Shown here: piece by piece, positions 45,201 to 61,550 of the stretch
Position numbering within the stretch: position 1 is the first letter of the stretch
Layout: the number at the start of each line of letters is the position of its first letter
Origin: the human T2T-CHM13v2.0 reference genome, Homo sapiens
Strand: one strand, 5' to 3'
DNA: 64,000 nucleotides
Assembly (NCBI RefSeq): GCF_009914755.1
Contig: NC_060927.1
Program-made: the position numbers and the translations under genes
Notes under the pieces: generated by a model
Told to the model about the DNA's origin: nothing
The model's database searches: none
What the model saw: only the letters and a program-made list of their open reading frames with translations

Positions 45201-48200
45201 AAATATGAAAGTACATCAAATATATATTTTATTCTGTACATAAAATATCAAAGTACACCAGATTTATATTCTATAGTGTACATAAAATATCAAAGTACCC
45301 AAACTATACATTATATACTGTACATAAAATATGAAATTACATCAAATATATATTATATTAGGTACATGAAATATGAAAGAACATCAAATATAGATTATAT
45401 ACTGTACATAAAATATGAAAGTACCCCAAATATATATTATATACTCTACATGAAATATCAAAGTTCACCAACTATATATTATATACTGTACATAAAATAT
45501 CAAAGTACCCAAGGTATATATTCTATACTGTACAAAAAATATCAAAGTATCCAAAGCATGTATTATATACTGTATATAAAATATGAAAGTACATCAAATA
45601 TATATTTTATTCTGTACATAAAATATCAAAGTACACCAGATATATATTCTATAGTGTACATAAAATATCAAAGTCCCCAAACTATACATTATATACTGTA
45701 CATAAAATATGAAATTACAGCAAATATATATTATATTAGGTACATAAAATATGAAAGTACATCAAATATAGATTATATACTGTACATTAAATACCAAAGT
45801 ACCCCAAATATATATTTTATACTGTACATGAAATATCAAAGTTCACAAACTATATATTATATACTGTACATAAAATATCAATGTACCCAAGGTATATATT
45901 CTATACTGCACAAAAAATATCAAAGTACCCAAAGCATGTATTATATACTGTATATAAAATATGAAAGTACATCAAATATATATTTTATTCTGTACATAAA
46001 ATATCAAAGTACACCAGATATATATTCTAATGTGTACATAAAATATCAAAGTACCCAAACTATACATTATATACTGTACATAAAATATGAAATTACATCA
46101 AATATATATTATATTAGGTACATAAAATACGAAAGTACATCAAATATAGATTATATACTGTACATAAAATATCAAAGTACCCCAATATATATTATATACT
46201 GTACATGAAATATCAAAGTTCACAAACTATATATTATGTACTGTACATAAAATATCAAAGTACCCAAGGTATATATTCTATACTGTACAAAAAATATCAA
46301 AGTACCCAAAGCATGTATTATATAATGTACATAAAATATGGAAGTACATCAAATATATATTTTATTCTGTACATAAAATATCAAAGAACACCAGACATAT
46401 ATTCTATAGTGTACATAAAATATCAAAGTACCCAAACTATACATTATATACTGTACATAAAATATGAAATTACATCATATATATATTAGGTACATAAAAT
46501 ATGAAAGTACATCAAATATATATTTTATTCTGTACATAAAATATCAAAGTACACCAGATATATATTCTATAGTGTACATAAAATAACAAAGTACACAAAC
46601 TATAAATTATATACTGTACATAAAATATGAAATTACATCAAATATATATTAGGTACATAAAATATGAAAGTACATCAAATATAGATTATATACTGTACAT
46701 ATAATATCAATGTACCCGAAATATATATTTTATACTCTACATGAAATATCAAAGTTCACAAACCATATATTGTATACTGCACATAAAATATCAAAATACC
46801 CAATGTATATATTCTATACTGTACAAAAAATATCAAAGTACCCAAAGCAGGTATTATATACTGTACATAAAATATGAAAGTACATCAAATATATATTTTA
46901 TTCTGTACATAAAATATCAAAGTACACCAGATATATATTCTATAGTGTACATAAAATATCAAAGTACCCAAACTATACATTATATACTGTACATAAAATA
47001 TGAAATTACATCAAACATATATTATATTAGGTACATAAAATACGAAAGTACATCAAATATAGATTATATACTGTACATAAAATATCAAAGTACCCCAATA
47101 TATATTATATACTGTATATGAAATATCAAAGTTCACAAACTATATATTATATACTGTACATAAAATATCAAAGTACCCAAGGTATATATTCTATAGTGTA
47201 CAAAAAATATCAAAGTACCCAAAGCATGTATTATATACCGTACATAAAATATAAAATTACATCAAATATATATTTTATTCTGTACATAAAATATCAAAGT
47301 ACACCAGATATATATTCTATAGTGTACATAAAATATCAAAGTACCCAAACTATACATTATACACTGTACATAAAATATGAAATTACATCAAATATATATT
47401 CGGTACATAAAATATGAAAGTACATCAAATATAGATTATATACTGTAAATATAATATCAATGTACCCCAAATATATATTTTATACTCTACATGAAATATC
47501 AAAGTTCACAAACCATATATTATATACTGTACATAAAATATCAAAGTACCCAAGGTATATATTCTATACTGTACAAAAAATATCAAAGTACCGAAAGCAT
47601 GTATTATATACTGTATATAAAATATGAAAGTACATCAAATATATATTTTATTCTGTACATAAAATATCAAAGTACACCAGATTTATATTCTATAGTGTAC
47701 ATAAAATATCAAAGTACCCAAACTATACATTATATACTGTACATAAAATATGAAATTACATCAAATATATATTATATTAGGTACATGAAATATGAAAGTA
47801 CATCAAATATAGATTATATACTGTACATAAAATATGAAAGTACCCCAAATATATATTATATACTCTACATGAAATATCAAAGTTCACAAACTATATATTA
47901 TATACTGTACATAAAATATCAAAGTACCCAAGGTATATATTCTATACTGTACAAAAAATATCAAAGTATCCAAAGCATGTATTATATACTGTATATAAAA
48001 TATGAAAGTACATCAAATATATATTTTATTCTGTACATAAAATATCAAAGTACACCAGATATATATTCTATAGTGTACATAAAATATCAAAGTACCCAAG
48101 CTATACATTATATACTGTACATAAAATATGAAATTACAGCAAATATATATTATATTAGGTACATAAAATATGAAAGTACATCAAATATAGATTATATACT

Positions 48201-51200
48201 GTACATTAAATACCAAAGTACCCCAAATATATATTTTATACTGTACATGAAATATCAAAGTTCACAAACTATATATTATATACTGTACATAAAATATCAA
48301 TGTACCCAAGGTATATATTCTATACTGCACAAAAAATATCAAAGTACCCAAAGCATGTATTATATACTGTATATAAAATATGAAAGTACATCAAATATAT
48401 ATTTTATTCTGTACATAAAATATCAAAGTACACCAGATATATATTCTAATGTGTACATAAAATATCAAAATACCCAAACTATACATTATATACTGTACAT
48501 AAAATATGAAATTACATCAAATATATATTATATTAGGTACATAAAATACGAAAGTACATCAAATATAGATTATATACTGTACATAAAATATCAAAGTACC
48601 CCAATATATATTATATACTGTACATGAAATATCAAAGTTCACAAACTATATATTATGTACTGTACATAAAATATCAAAGTACCCAAGGTATATATTCTAT
48701 ACTGTACAAAAAATATCAAAGTACCCAAAGCATGTATTATATAATGTACATAAAATATGGAAGTACATCAAATATATATTTTATTCTGTACATAAAATAT
48801 CAAAGAACACCAGACATATATTCTATAGTGTACATAAAATATCAAAGTACCCAAACTATACATTATATACTGTACATAAAATATGAAATTACATCATATA
48901 TATATTAGGTACATAAAATATGAAAGTACATCAAATATATATTTTATTCTGTACATAAAATATCAAAGTACACCAGATATATATTCTATAGTGTACATAA
49001 AATAACAAAGTACACAAACTATAAATTATATACTGTACATAAAATATGAAATTACATCAAATATATATTAGGTACATAAAATATGAAAGTACATCAAATA
49101 TAGATTATATACTGTACATATAATATCAATGTACCCGAAATATATATTTTATACTCTACATGAAATATCAAAGTTCACAAACCATATATTGTATACTGCA
49201 CATAAAATATCAAAATACCCAATGTATATATTCTATACTGTACAAAAAATATCAAAGTACCCAAAGCAGGTATTATATACTGTACATAAAATATGAAAGT
49301 ACATCAAATATATATTTTATTCTGTACATAAAATATCAAAGTACACCAGATATATATTCTATAGTGTACATAAAATATCAAAGTACCCAAACTATACATT
49401 ATATACTGTACATAAAATATGAAATTACATCAAATATATATTATATTAGGTACATAAAATACGAAAGTACATCAAATATAGATTATATACTGTACATAAA
49501 ATATCAAAGTACCCCAATATATATTATATACTGTATATGAAATATCAAAGTTCACAAACTATATATTATATACTGTACATAAAATATCAAAGTACCCAAG
49601 GTATATATTCTATAGTGTACAAAAAATATCAAAGTACCCAAAGCATGTATTATATACCGTACATAAAATATAAAATTACATCAAATATATATTTTATTCT
49701 GTACATAAAATATCAAAGTACACCAGATATATATTCTATAGTGTACATAAAATATCAAAGTACCCAAACTATACATTATACACTGTACATAAAATATGAA
49801 ATTACATCAAATATATATTCGGTACATAAAATATGAAAGTACATCAAATATAGATTATATACTGTAAATATAATATCAATGTACCCCAAATATATATTTT
49901 ATACTCTACATGAAATATCAAAGTTCACAAACCATATATTATATACTGTAAATAAAATATCAAAGTACCCAAGGTATATATTCTATACTGTACAAAAAAT
50001 ATCAAAGTACCCAAAGCATGTATTATATACTGTACATAAAATATGAAAGTACATCAAATATATATTTTATTCTGTACATAAAATATCAAAGTACACCAGA
50101 TTTATATTCTATAGTGTACATAAAATATCAAAGTACCCAAACTATACATTATATACTGTACATAAAATATGAAATTACATCAAATATATATTATATTAGG
50201 TACATGAAATATGAAAGAACATCAAATATAGATTATATACTGTACATAAAATATGAAAGTACCCCAAATATATATTATATACTCTACATGAAATATCAAA
50301 GTTCACCAACTATATATTATATACTGTACATAAAATATCAAAGTACCCAAGGTATATATTCTATACTGTACAAAAAATATCAAAGTATCCAAAGCATGTA
50401 TTATATACTGTATATAAAATATGAAAGTACATCAAATATATATTTTATTCTGTACATAAAATATCAAAGTACACCAGATATATATTCTATAGTGTACATA
50501 AAATATCAAAGTCCCCAAACTATACATTATATACTGTACATAAAATATGAAATTACAGCAAATATATATTATATTAGGTACATAAAATATGAAAGTACAT
50601 CAAATATAGATTATATACTGTACATTAAATACCAAAGTACCCCAAATATATATTTTATACTGTACATGAAATATCAAAGTTCACAAACTATATATTATAT
50701 ACTGTACATAAAATATCAATGTACCCAAGGTATATATTCTATACTGCACAAAAAATATCAAAGTACCCAAAGCATGTATTATATACTGTATATAAAATAT
50801 GAAAGTACATCAAATATATATTTTATTCTGTACATAAAATATCAAAGTACACCAGATATATATTCTAATGTGTACATAAAATATCAAAGTACCCAAACTA
50901 TACATTATATACTGTACATAAAATATGAAATTACATCAAATATATATTATATTAGGTACATAAAATACGAAAGTACATCAAATATAGATTATATACTGTA
51001 CATAAAATATCAAAGTACCCCAATATATATTATATACTGTACATGAAATATCAAAGTTCACAAACTATATATTATGTACTGTACATAAAATATCAAAGTA
51101 CCCAAGGTATATATTCTATACTGTACAAAAAATATCAAAGTACCCAAAGCATGTATTATATAATGTACATAAAATATGGAAGTACATCAAATATATATTT

Positions 51201-54200
51201 TATTCTGTACATAAAATATCAAAGAACACCAGACATATATTCTATAGTGTACATAAAATATCAAAGTACCCAAACTATACATTATATACTGTACATAAAA
51301 TATGAAATTACATCATATATATATTAGGTACATAAAATATGAAAGTACATCAAATATATATTTTATTCTGTACATAAAATATCAAAGTACACCAGATATA
51401 TATTCTATAGTGTACATAAAATAACAAAGTACACAAACTATAAATTATATACTGTACATAAAATATGAAATTACATCAAATATATATTAGGTACATAAAA
51501 TATGAAAGTACATCAAATATAGATTATATACTGTACATATAATATCAATGTACCCGAAATATATATTTTATACTCTACATGAAATATCAAACTTCACAAA
51601 CCATATATTGTATACTGCACATAAAATATCAAAATACCCAATGTATATATTCTATACTGTACAAAAAATATCAAAGTACCCAAAGCAGGTATTATATACT
51701 GTACATAAAATATGAAAGTACATCAAATATATATTTTATTCTGTACATAAAATATCAAAGTACACCAGATATATATTCTATATTGTACATAAAATATCAA
51801 AGTACCCAAACTATACATTATATACTGTACATAAAATATGAAATTACATCAAATATATATTATATTACGTACATAAAATACGAAAGTACATCAAATATAG
51901 ATTACATACTGTACATAAAATATCAAAGTACCCCAATATATATTATATACTGTATATGAAATATCAAAGTTCACAAACTATATATTATATACTGTACATA
52001 AAATATCAAAGTACCCAAGGTATATATTCTATAGTGTACAAAAAATATCAAAGTACCCAAAGCATGTATTATATACCGTACATAAAATATAAAATTACAT
52101 CAAATATATATTTTATTCTGTACATAAAATATCAAAGTACACCAGATATATATTCTATAGTGTACATAAAATATCAAAGTACCCAAACTATACATTATAC
52201 ACTGTACATAAAATATGAAATTACATCAAATATATATTCGGTACATAAAATATGAAAGTACATCAAATATAGATTATATACTGTAAATATAATATCAATG
52301 TACCCCAAATATATATTTTATACTCTACATGAAATATCAAAGTTCACAAACCATATATTATATACTGTACATAAAATATCAAAGTACCCAAGGTATATAT
52401 TCTATACTGTACAAAAAATATCAAAGTACCCAAAGCATGTATTATATACTGTACATAAAATATGAAAGTACATCAAATATATATTTTATTCTGTACATAA
52501 AATATCAAAGTACACCAGATTTATATTCTATAGTGTACATAAAATATCAAAGTACCCAAACTATACATTATATACTGTACATAAAATATGAAATTACATC
52601 AAATATATATTATATTAGGTACATGAAATATGAAAGAACATCAAATATAGATTATATACTGTACATAAAATATGAAAGTACCCCAAATATATATTATATA
52701 CTCTACATGAAATATCAAAGTTCACCAACTATATATTATATACTGTACATAAAATATCAAAGTACCCAAGGTATATATTCTATACTGTACAAAAAATATC
52801 AAAGTATCCAAAGCATGTATTATATACTGTATATAAAATATGAAAGTACATCAAATATATATTTTATTCTGTACATAAAATATCAAAGTACACCAGATAT
52901 ATATTCTATAGTGTACATAAAATATCAAAGTCCCCAAACTATACATTATATACTGTACATAAAATATGAAATTACAGCAAATATATATTATATTAGGTAC
53001 ATAAAATATGAAAGTACATCAAATATAGATTATATACTGTACATTAAATACCAAAGTACCCCAAATATATATTTTATACTGTACATGAAATATCAAAGTT
53101 CACAAACTATATATTATATACTGTACATAAAATATCAATGTACCCAAGGTATATATACTATACTGCACAAAAAATATCAAAGTACCCAAAGCATGTATTA
53201 TATACTGTATATAAAATATGAAAGTACATCAAATATATATTTTATTCTGTACATAAAATATAAAAGTACACCAGATATATATTCTATAGTGTACATAAAA
53301 TATCAAAGTACCCAAACTATACATTATATACTGTACATAAAATATGAAATTACATCAAATATATATTATATTAGGTACATAAAATACGAAAGTACATCAA
53401 ATATAGATTATATACTGTACATAAAATATCAAAGTACCCCAATATATATTATATACTGTACATGAAATATCAAAGTTCACAAACTATATATTATGTACTG
53501 TACATAAAATATCAAAGTACCCAAGGTATATATTCTATACTGTACAAAAAATATCAAAGTACCCAAAGCATGTATTATATAATGTACATAAAATATGAAA
53601 GTACATCAAATATATATTTTATTCTGTACATAAAATATCAAAGAACACCAGATATATATTCTATAGTGTACATAAAATATCAAAGTACCCAAACTATACA
53701 TTATATACTGTACATAAAATATGAAATTACATCATATATATATTAGGTACATAAAATATGAAAGTACATCAAATATATATTTTATTCTGTACATAAAATA
53801 TCAAAGTACACCAGATATATATTCTATAGTGTACATAAAATAACAAAGTACACAAACTATAAATTATATACTGTACATAAAATATGAAATTACATCAAAT
53901 ATATATTAGGTACATAAAATATGAAAGTACATCAAATATAGATTATATACTGTACATATAATATCAATGTACCCGAAATATATATTTTATACTCTACATG
54001 AAATATCAAAGTTCACAAACCATATATTGTATACTGCACATAAAATATCAAAATACCCAAGGTATATATTCTATACTGTACAAAAAATATCAAAGTACCC
54101 AAAGCAGGTATTATATACTGTACATAAAATATGAAAGTACATCAAATATATATTTTATTCTGTACATAAAATATCAAAGTACACCAGATATATATTCTAT

Positions 54201-57200
54201 AGCGTACATAAAATATCAAAGTACACAAACTATACATTATATACTGTACATAAAATATGAAATTACATCAAATATATATTATATTAGGTACATAAAATAT
54301 GAAAGTACATCAAATATAGATTATATACTGTAAATATAATATCAATGTACCCCAAATATATATTTTATACTCTACATGAAATATCAAAGTTCACAAACCA
54401 TATATTATATACTGTACATAAAATATCAAAGTACCCAAGGTATATATTCTATACTGTACAAAAAATATCAAAGTACCCAAAGCATGTATTATATACTGTA
54501 CATAAAATATGAAAGTACATCAAATATATATTTTATTCTGTACATAAAATATCAAAGTACACCAGATATATATTCTATAGTGTACATAAAATATCAAAGT
54601 ACCCAAACTATACATTATATACTGTACATAAAATATGAAATTACATCAAATATATATTATATTAGGTACATGAAATTTGAAAGTACATCAAATATAGATT
54701 ATATACTGTACATAAAATATGAAAGTACCCCAAATATATATTATATACTCTACATGAAATATCAAAGTTCACAAACTATATATTATATACTGTACATAAA
54801 ATATCAAAGTACCCAAGGTATATATTCTATACTGTACAAAAAATATCAAAGTATCCAAAGCATGTATTATATACTGTATATAAAATATGAAAGTACATCA
54901 AATATATATTTTATTCTGTACATAAAATATCAAAGTACACCAGATATATATTCTATAGTGTACATAAAATATCAAAGTACCCAAGCTATACATTATATAC
55001 TGTACATAAAATATGAAATTACAGCAAATATATATTATATTAGGTACATAAAATATGAAAGTACATCAAATATAGATTATATACTGTACATTAAATACCA
55101 AAGTACCCCAAATATATATTTTATACTGTACATGAAATATCAAAGTTCACAAACTATATATTATATACTGTACATAAAATATCAATGTACCCAAGGTATA
55201 TATTCTATACTGCACAAAAAATATCAAAGTACCCAAAGCATGTATTATATACTGTATATAAAATATGAAAGTACATCAAATATATATTTTATTCTGTACA
55301 TAAAATATCAAAGTACACCAGATATATATTCTAATGTGTACATAAAATATCAAAATACCCAAACTATACATTATATACTGTACATAAAATATGAAATTAC
55401 ATCAAATATATATTATATTAGGTACATAAAATACGAAAGTACATCAAATATAGATTATATACTGTACATAAAATATCAAAGTACCCCAATATATATTATA
55501 TACTGTACATGAAATATCAAAGTTCACAAACTATATATTATGTACTGTACATAAAATATCAAAGTACCCAAGGTATATATTCTATACTGTACAAAAAATA
55601 TCAAAGTACCCAAAGCATGTATTATATAATGTACATAAAATATGGAAGTACATCAAATATATATTTTATTCTGTACATAAAATATCAAAGAACACCAGAC
55701 ATATATTCTATAGTGTACATAAAATATCAAAGTACCCAAACTATACATTATATACTGTACATAAAATATGAAATTACATCATATATATATTAGGTACATA
55801 AAATATGAAAGTACATCAAATATATATTTTATTCTGTACATAAAATATCAAAGTACACCAGATATATATTCTATAGTGTACATAAAATAACAAAGTACAC
55901 AAACTATAAATTATATACTGTACATAAAATATGAAATTACATCAAATATATATTAGGTACATAAAATATGAAAGTACATCAAATATAGATTATATACTGT
56001 ACATATAATATCAATGTACCCGAAATATATATTTTATACTCTACATGAAATATCAAAGTTCACAAACCATATATTGTATACTGCACATAAAATATCAAAA
56101 TACCCAATGTATATATTCTATACTGTACAAAAAATATCAAAGTACCCAAAGTAGGTATTATATACTGTACATAAAATATGAAAGTACATCAAATATATAT
56201 TTTATTCTGTACATAAAATATCAAAGTACACCAGATATATATTCTATAGTGTACATAAAATATCAAAGTACCCAAACTATACATTATATACTGTACATAA
56301 AATATGAAATTACATCAAATATATATTATATTAGGTACATAAAATACGAAAGTACATCAAATATAGATTATATAATGTACATAAAATATCAAAGTACCCC
56401 AATATATATTATATACTGTATATGAAATATCAAAGTTCACAAACTATATATTATATACTGTACATAAAATATCAAAGTACCCAAGGTATATATTCTATAG
56501 TGTACAAAAAATATCAAAGTACCCAAAGCATGTATTATATACCGTACATAAAATATAAAATTACATCAAATATATATTTTATTCTGTACATAAAATATCA
56601 AAGTACACCAGATATATATTCTATAGTGTACATAAAATATCAAAGTACCCAAACTATACATTATACACTGTACATAAAATATGAAATTACATCAAATATA
56701 TATTCGGTACATAAAATATGAAAGTACATCAAATATAGATTATATACTGTAAATATAATATCAATGTACCCCAAATATATATTTTATACTCTACATGAAA
56801 TATCAAAGTTCACAAACCATATATTATATACTGTAAATAAAATATCAAAGTACCCAAGGTATATATTCTATACTGTACAAAAAATATCAAAGTACCCAAA
56901 GCATGTATTATATACTGTACATAAAATATGAAAGTACATCAAATATATATTTTATTCTGTACATAAAATATCAAAGTACACCAGATTTATATTCTATAGT
57001 GTACATAAAATATCAAAGTACCCAAACTATACATTATATACTGTACATAAAATATGAAATTACATCAAATATATATTATATTAGGTACATGAAATATGAA
57101 AGAACATCAAATATAGATTATATACTGTACATAAAATATGAAAGTACCCCAAATATATATTATATACTCTACATGAAATATCAAAGTTCACCAACTATAT

Positions 57201-60200
57201 ATTATATACTGTACATAAAATATCAAAGTACCCAAGGTATATATTCTATACTGTACAAAAAATATCAAAGTATCCAAAGCATGTATTATATACTGTATAT
57301 AAAATATGAAAGTACATCAAATATATATTTTATTCTGTACATAAAATATCAAAGTACACCAGATATATATTCTATAGTGTACATAAAATATCAAAGTCCC
57401 CAAACTATACATTATATACTGTACATAAAATATGAAATTACAGCAAATATATATTATATTAGGTACATAAAATATGAAAGTACATCAAATATAGATTATA
57501 TACTGTACATTAAATACCAAAGTACCCCAAATATATATTTTATACTGTACATGAAATATCAAAGTTCACAAACTATATATTATATACTGTACATAAAATA
57601 TCAATGTACCCAAGGTATATATTCTATACTGCACAAAAAATATCAAAGTACCCAAAGCATGTATTATATACTGTATATAAAATATGAAAGTACATCAAAT
57701 ATATATTTTATTCTGTACATAAAATATCAAAGTACACCAGATATATATTCTAATGTGTACATAAAATATCAAAGTACCCAAACTATACATTATATACTGT
57801 ACATAAAATATGAAATTACATCAAATATATATTATATTAGGTACATAAAATACGAAAGTACATCAAATATAGATTATATACTGTACATAAAATATCAAAG
57901 TACCCCAATATATATTATATACTGTACATGAAATATCAAAGTTCACAAACTATATATTATGTACTGTACATAAAATATCAAAGTACCCAAGGTATATATT
58001 CTATACTGTACAAAAAATATCAAAGTACCCAAAGCATGTATTATATAATGTACATAAAATATGGAAGTACATCAAATATATATTTTATTCTGTACATAAA
58101 ATATCAAAGAACACCAGACATATATTCTATAGTGTACATAAAATATCAAAGTACCCAAACTATACATTATATACTGTACATAAAATATGAAATTACATCA
58201 TATATATATTAGGTACATAAAATATGAAAGTACATCAAATATATATTTTATTCTGTACATAAAATATCAAAGTACACCAGATATATATTCTATAGTGTAC
58301 ATAAAATAACAAAGTACACAAACTATAAATTATATACTGTACATAAAATATGAAATTACATCAAATATATATTAGGTACATAAAATATGAAAGTACATCA
58401 AATATAGATTATATACTGTACATATAATATCAATGTACCCGAAATATATATTTTATACTCTACATGAAATATCAAAGTTCACAAACCATATATTGTATAC
58501 TGCACATAAAATATCAAAATACCCAATGTATATATTCTATACTGTACAAAAAATATCAAAGTACCCAAAGCAGGTATTATATACTGTACATAAAATATGA
58601 AAGTACATCAAATATATATTTTATTCTGTACATAAAATATCAAAGTACACCAGATATATATTCTATAGTGTACATAAAATATCAAAGTACCCAAACTATA
58701 CATTATATACTGTACATAAAATATGAAATTACATCAAACATATATTATATTAGGTACATAAAATACGAAAGTACATCAAATATAGATTATATACTGTACA
58801 TAAAATATCAAAGTACCCCAATATATATTATATACTGTATATGAAATATCAAAGTTCACAAACTATATATTATATACTGTACATAAAATATCAAAGTACC
58901 CAAGGTATATATTCTATAGTGTACAAAAAATATCAAAGTACCCAAAGCATGTATTATATACTGTACATAAAATATAAAATTACATCAAATATATATTTTA
59001 TTCTGTACATAAAATATCAAAGTACACCAGATATATATTCTATAGTGTACATAAAATATCAAAGTACCCAAACTATACATTATACACTGTACATAAAATA
59101 TGAAATTACATCAAATATATATTCGGTACATAAAATATGAAAGTACATCAAATATAGATTATATACTGTAAATATAATATCAATGTACCCCAAATATATA
59201 TTTTATACTCTACATGAAATATCAAAGTTCACAAACCATATATTATATACTGTACATAAAATATCAAAGTACCCAAGGTATATATTCTATACTGTACAAA
59301 AAATATCAAAGTACCCAAAGCATGTATTATATACTGTACATAAAATATGAAAGTACATCAAATATATATTTTATTCTGTACATAAAATATCAAAGTACAC
59401 CAGATTTATATTCTATAGTGTACATAAAATATCAAAGTACCCAAACTATACATTATATACTGTACATAAAATATGAAATTACATCAAATATATATTATAT
59501 TAGGTACATGAAATATGAAAGAACATCAAATATAGATTATATACTGTACATAAAATATGAAAGTACCCCAAATATATATTATATACTCTACATGAAATAT
59601 CAAAGTTCACCAACTATATATTATATACTGTACATAAAATATCAAAGTACCCAAGGTATATATTCTATACTGTACAAAAAATATCAAAGTATCCAAAGCA
59701 TGTATTATATACTGTATATAAAATATGAAAGTACATCAAATATATATTTTATTCTGTACATAAAATATGAAAGTACACCAGATATATATTCTATAGTGTA
59801 CATAAAATATCAAAGTCCCCAAACTATACATTATATACTGTACATAAAATATGAAATTACAGCAAATATATATTATATTAGGTACATAAAATATGAAAGT
59901 ACATCAAATATAGATTATATACTGTACATTAAATACCAAAGTACCCCAAATATATATTTTATACTGTACATGAAATATCAAAGTTCACAAACTATATATT
60001 ATATACTGTACATAAAATATCAATGTACCCAAGGTATATATACTATACTGCACAAAAAATATCAAAGTACCCAAAGCATGTATTATATACTGTATATAAA
60101 ATATGAAAGTACATCAAATATATATTTTATTCTGTACATAAAATATAAAAGTACACCAGATATATATTCTATAGTGTACATAAAATATCAAAGTACCCAA

Positions 60201-61550
60201 ACTATACATTATATACTGTACATAAAATATGAAATTACATCAAATATATATTATATTAGGTACATAAAATACGAAAGTACATCAAATATAGATTATATAC
60301 TGTACATAAAATATGAAAGTACCCCAATATATATTATATACTGTACATGAAATATCAAAGTTCACAAACTATATATTATGTACTGTACATAAAATATCAA
60401 AGTACCCAAGGTATATATTCTATACTGTACAAAAAATATCAAAGTACCCAAAGCATGTATTATATAATGTACATAAAATATGAAAGTACATCAAATATAT
60501 ATTTTATTCTGTACATAAAATATCAAAGAACACCAGATATATATTCTATAGTGTACATAAAATATCAAAGTACCCAAACTATACATTATATACTGTACAT
60601 AAAATATGAAATTACATCATATATATATTAGGTACATAAAATATGAAAGTACATCAAATATATATTTTATTCTGTACATAAAATATCAAAGTACACCAGA
60701 TATATATTCTATAGTGTACATAAAATAACAAAGTACACAAACTATAAATTATATACTGTACATAAAATATGAAATTACATCAAATATATATTAGGTACAT
60801 AAAATATGAAAGTACATCAAATATAGATTATATACTGTACATATAATATCAATGTACCCGAAATATATATTTTATACTCTACATGAAATATCAAAGTTCA
60901 CAAACCATATATTGTATACTGCACATAAAATATCAAAATACCCAAGGTATATATTCTATACTGTACAAAAAATATCAAAGTACCCAAAGCAGGTATTATA
61001 TACTGTACATAAAATATGAAAGTACATCAAATATATATTTTATTCTGTACATAAAATATCAAAGTACACCAGATATATATTCTATAGCGTACATAAAATA
61101 TCAAAGTACACAAACTATACATTATATACTGTACATAAAATATGAAATTACATCAAATATATATTATATTAGGTACATAAAATATGAAAGTACATCAAAT
61201 ATAGATTATATACTGTAAATATAATATCAATGTACCCCAAATATATATTTTATACTCTACATGAAATATCAAAGTTCACAAACCATATATTATATACTGT
61301 ACATAAAATATCAAAGTACCCAAGGTATATATTCTATACTGTACAAAAAATATCAAAGTACCCAAAGCATGTATTATATACTGTACATAAAATATGAAAG
61401 TACATCAAATATATATTTTATTCTGTACATAAAATATCAAAGTACACCAGATATATATTCTATAGTGTACATAAAATATCAAAGTACCCAAACTATACAT
61501 TATATACTGTACATAAAATATGAAATTACATCAAATATATATTATATTAG
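42280..61550 (+). repeat. Homogeneous super-HOR domain: 2419-bp (58-mer) and 2047-bp (49-mer) units forming a 6885-bp period
   Basis: Equivalent ORF starts at 43786, 46205, 48624, 51043, 53462, 55509, 57928, 60347 and 62394 give spacings 2419 x4, 2047, 2419 x2, 2047. 47491/54376/61261 and 52329/59214 are each 6885 apart. Confidence 0.93.

Noticed and set aside
42280-61550. 2419-bp period resembling the ~2.4-kb HSat1B/DYZ2 unit
   Set aside because: This is a length coincidence. The unit here is made entirely of 42-bp monomers (58 x 42 - 17), with no Alu fragment or other HSat1B component.
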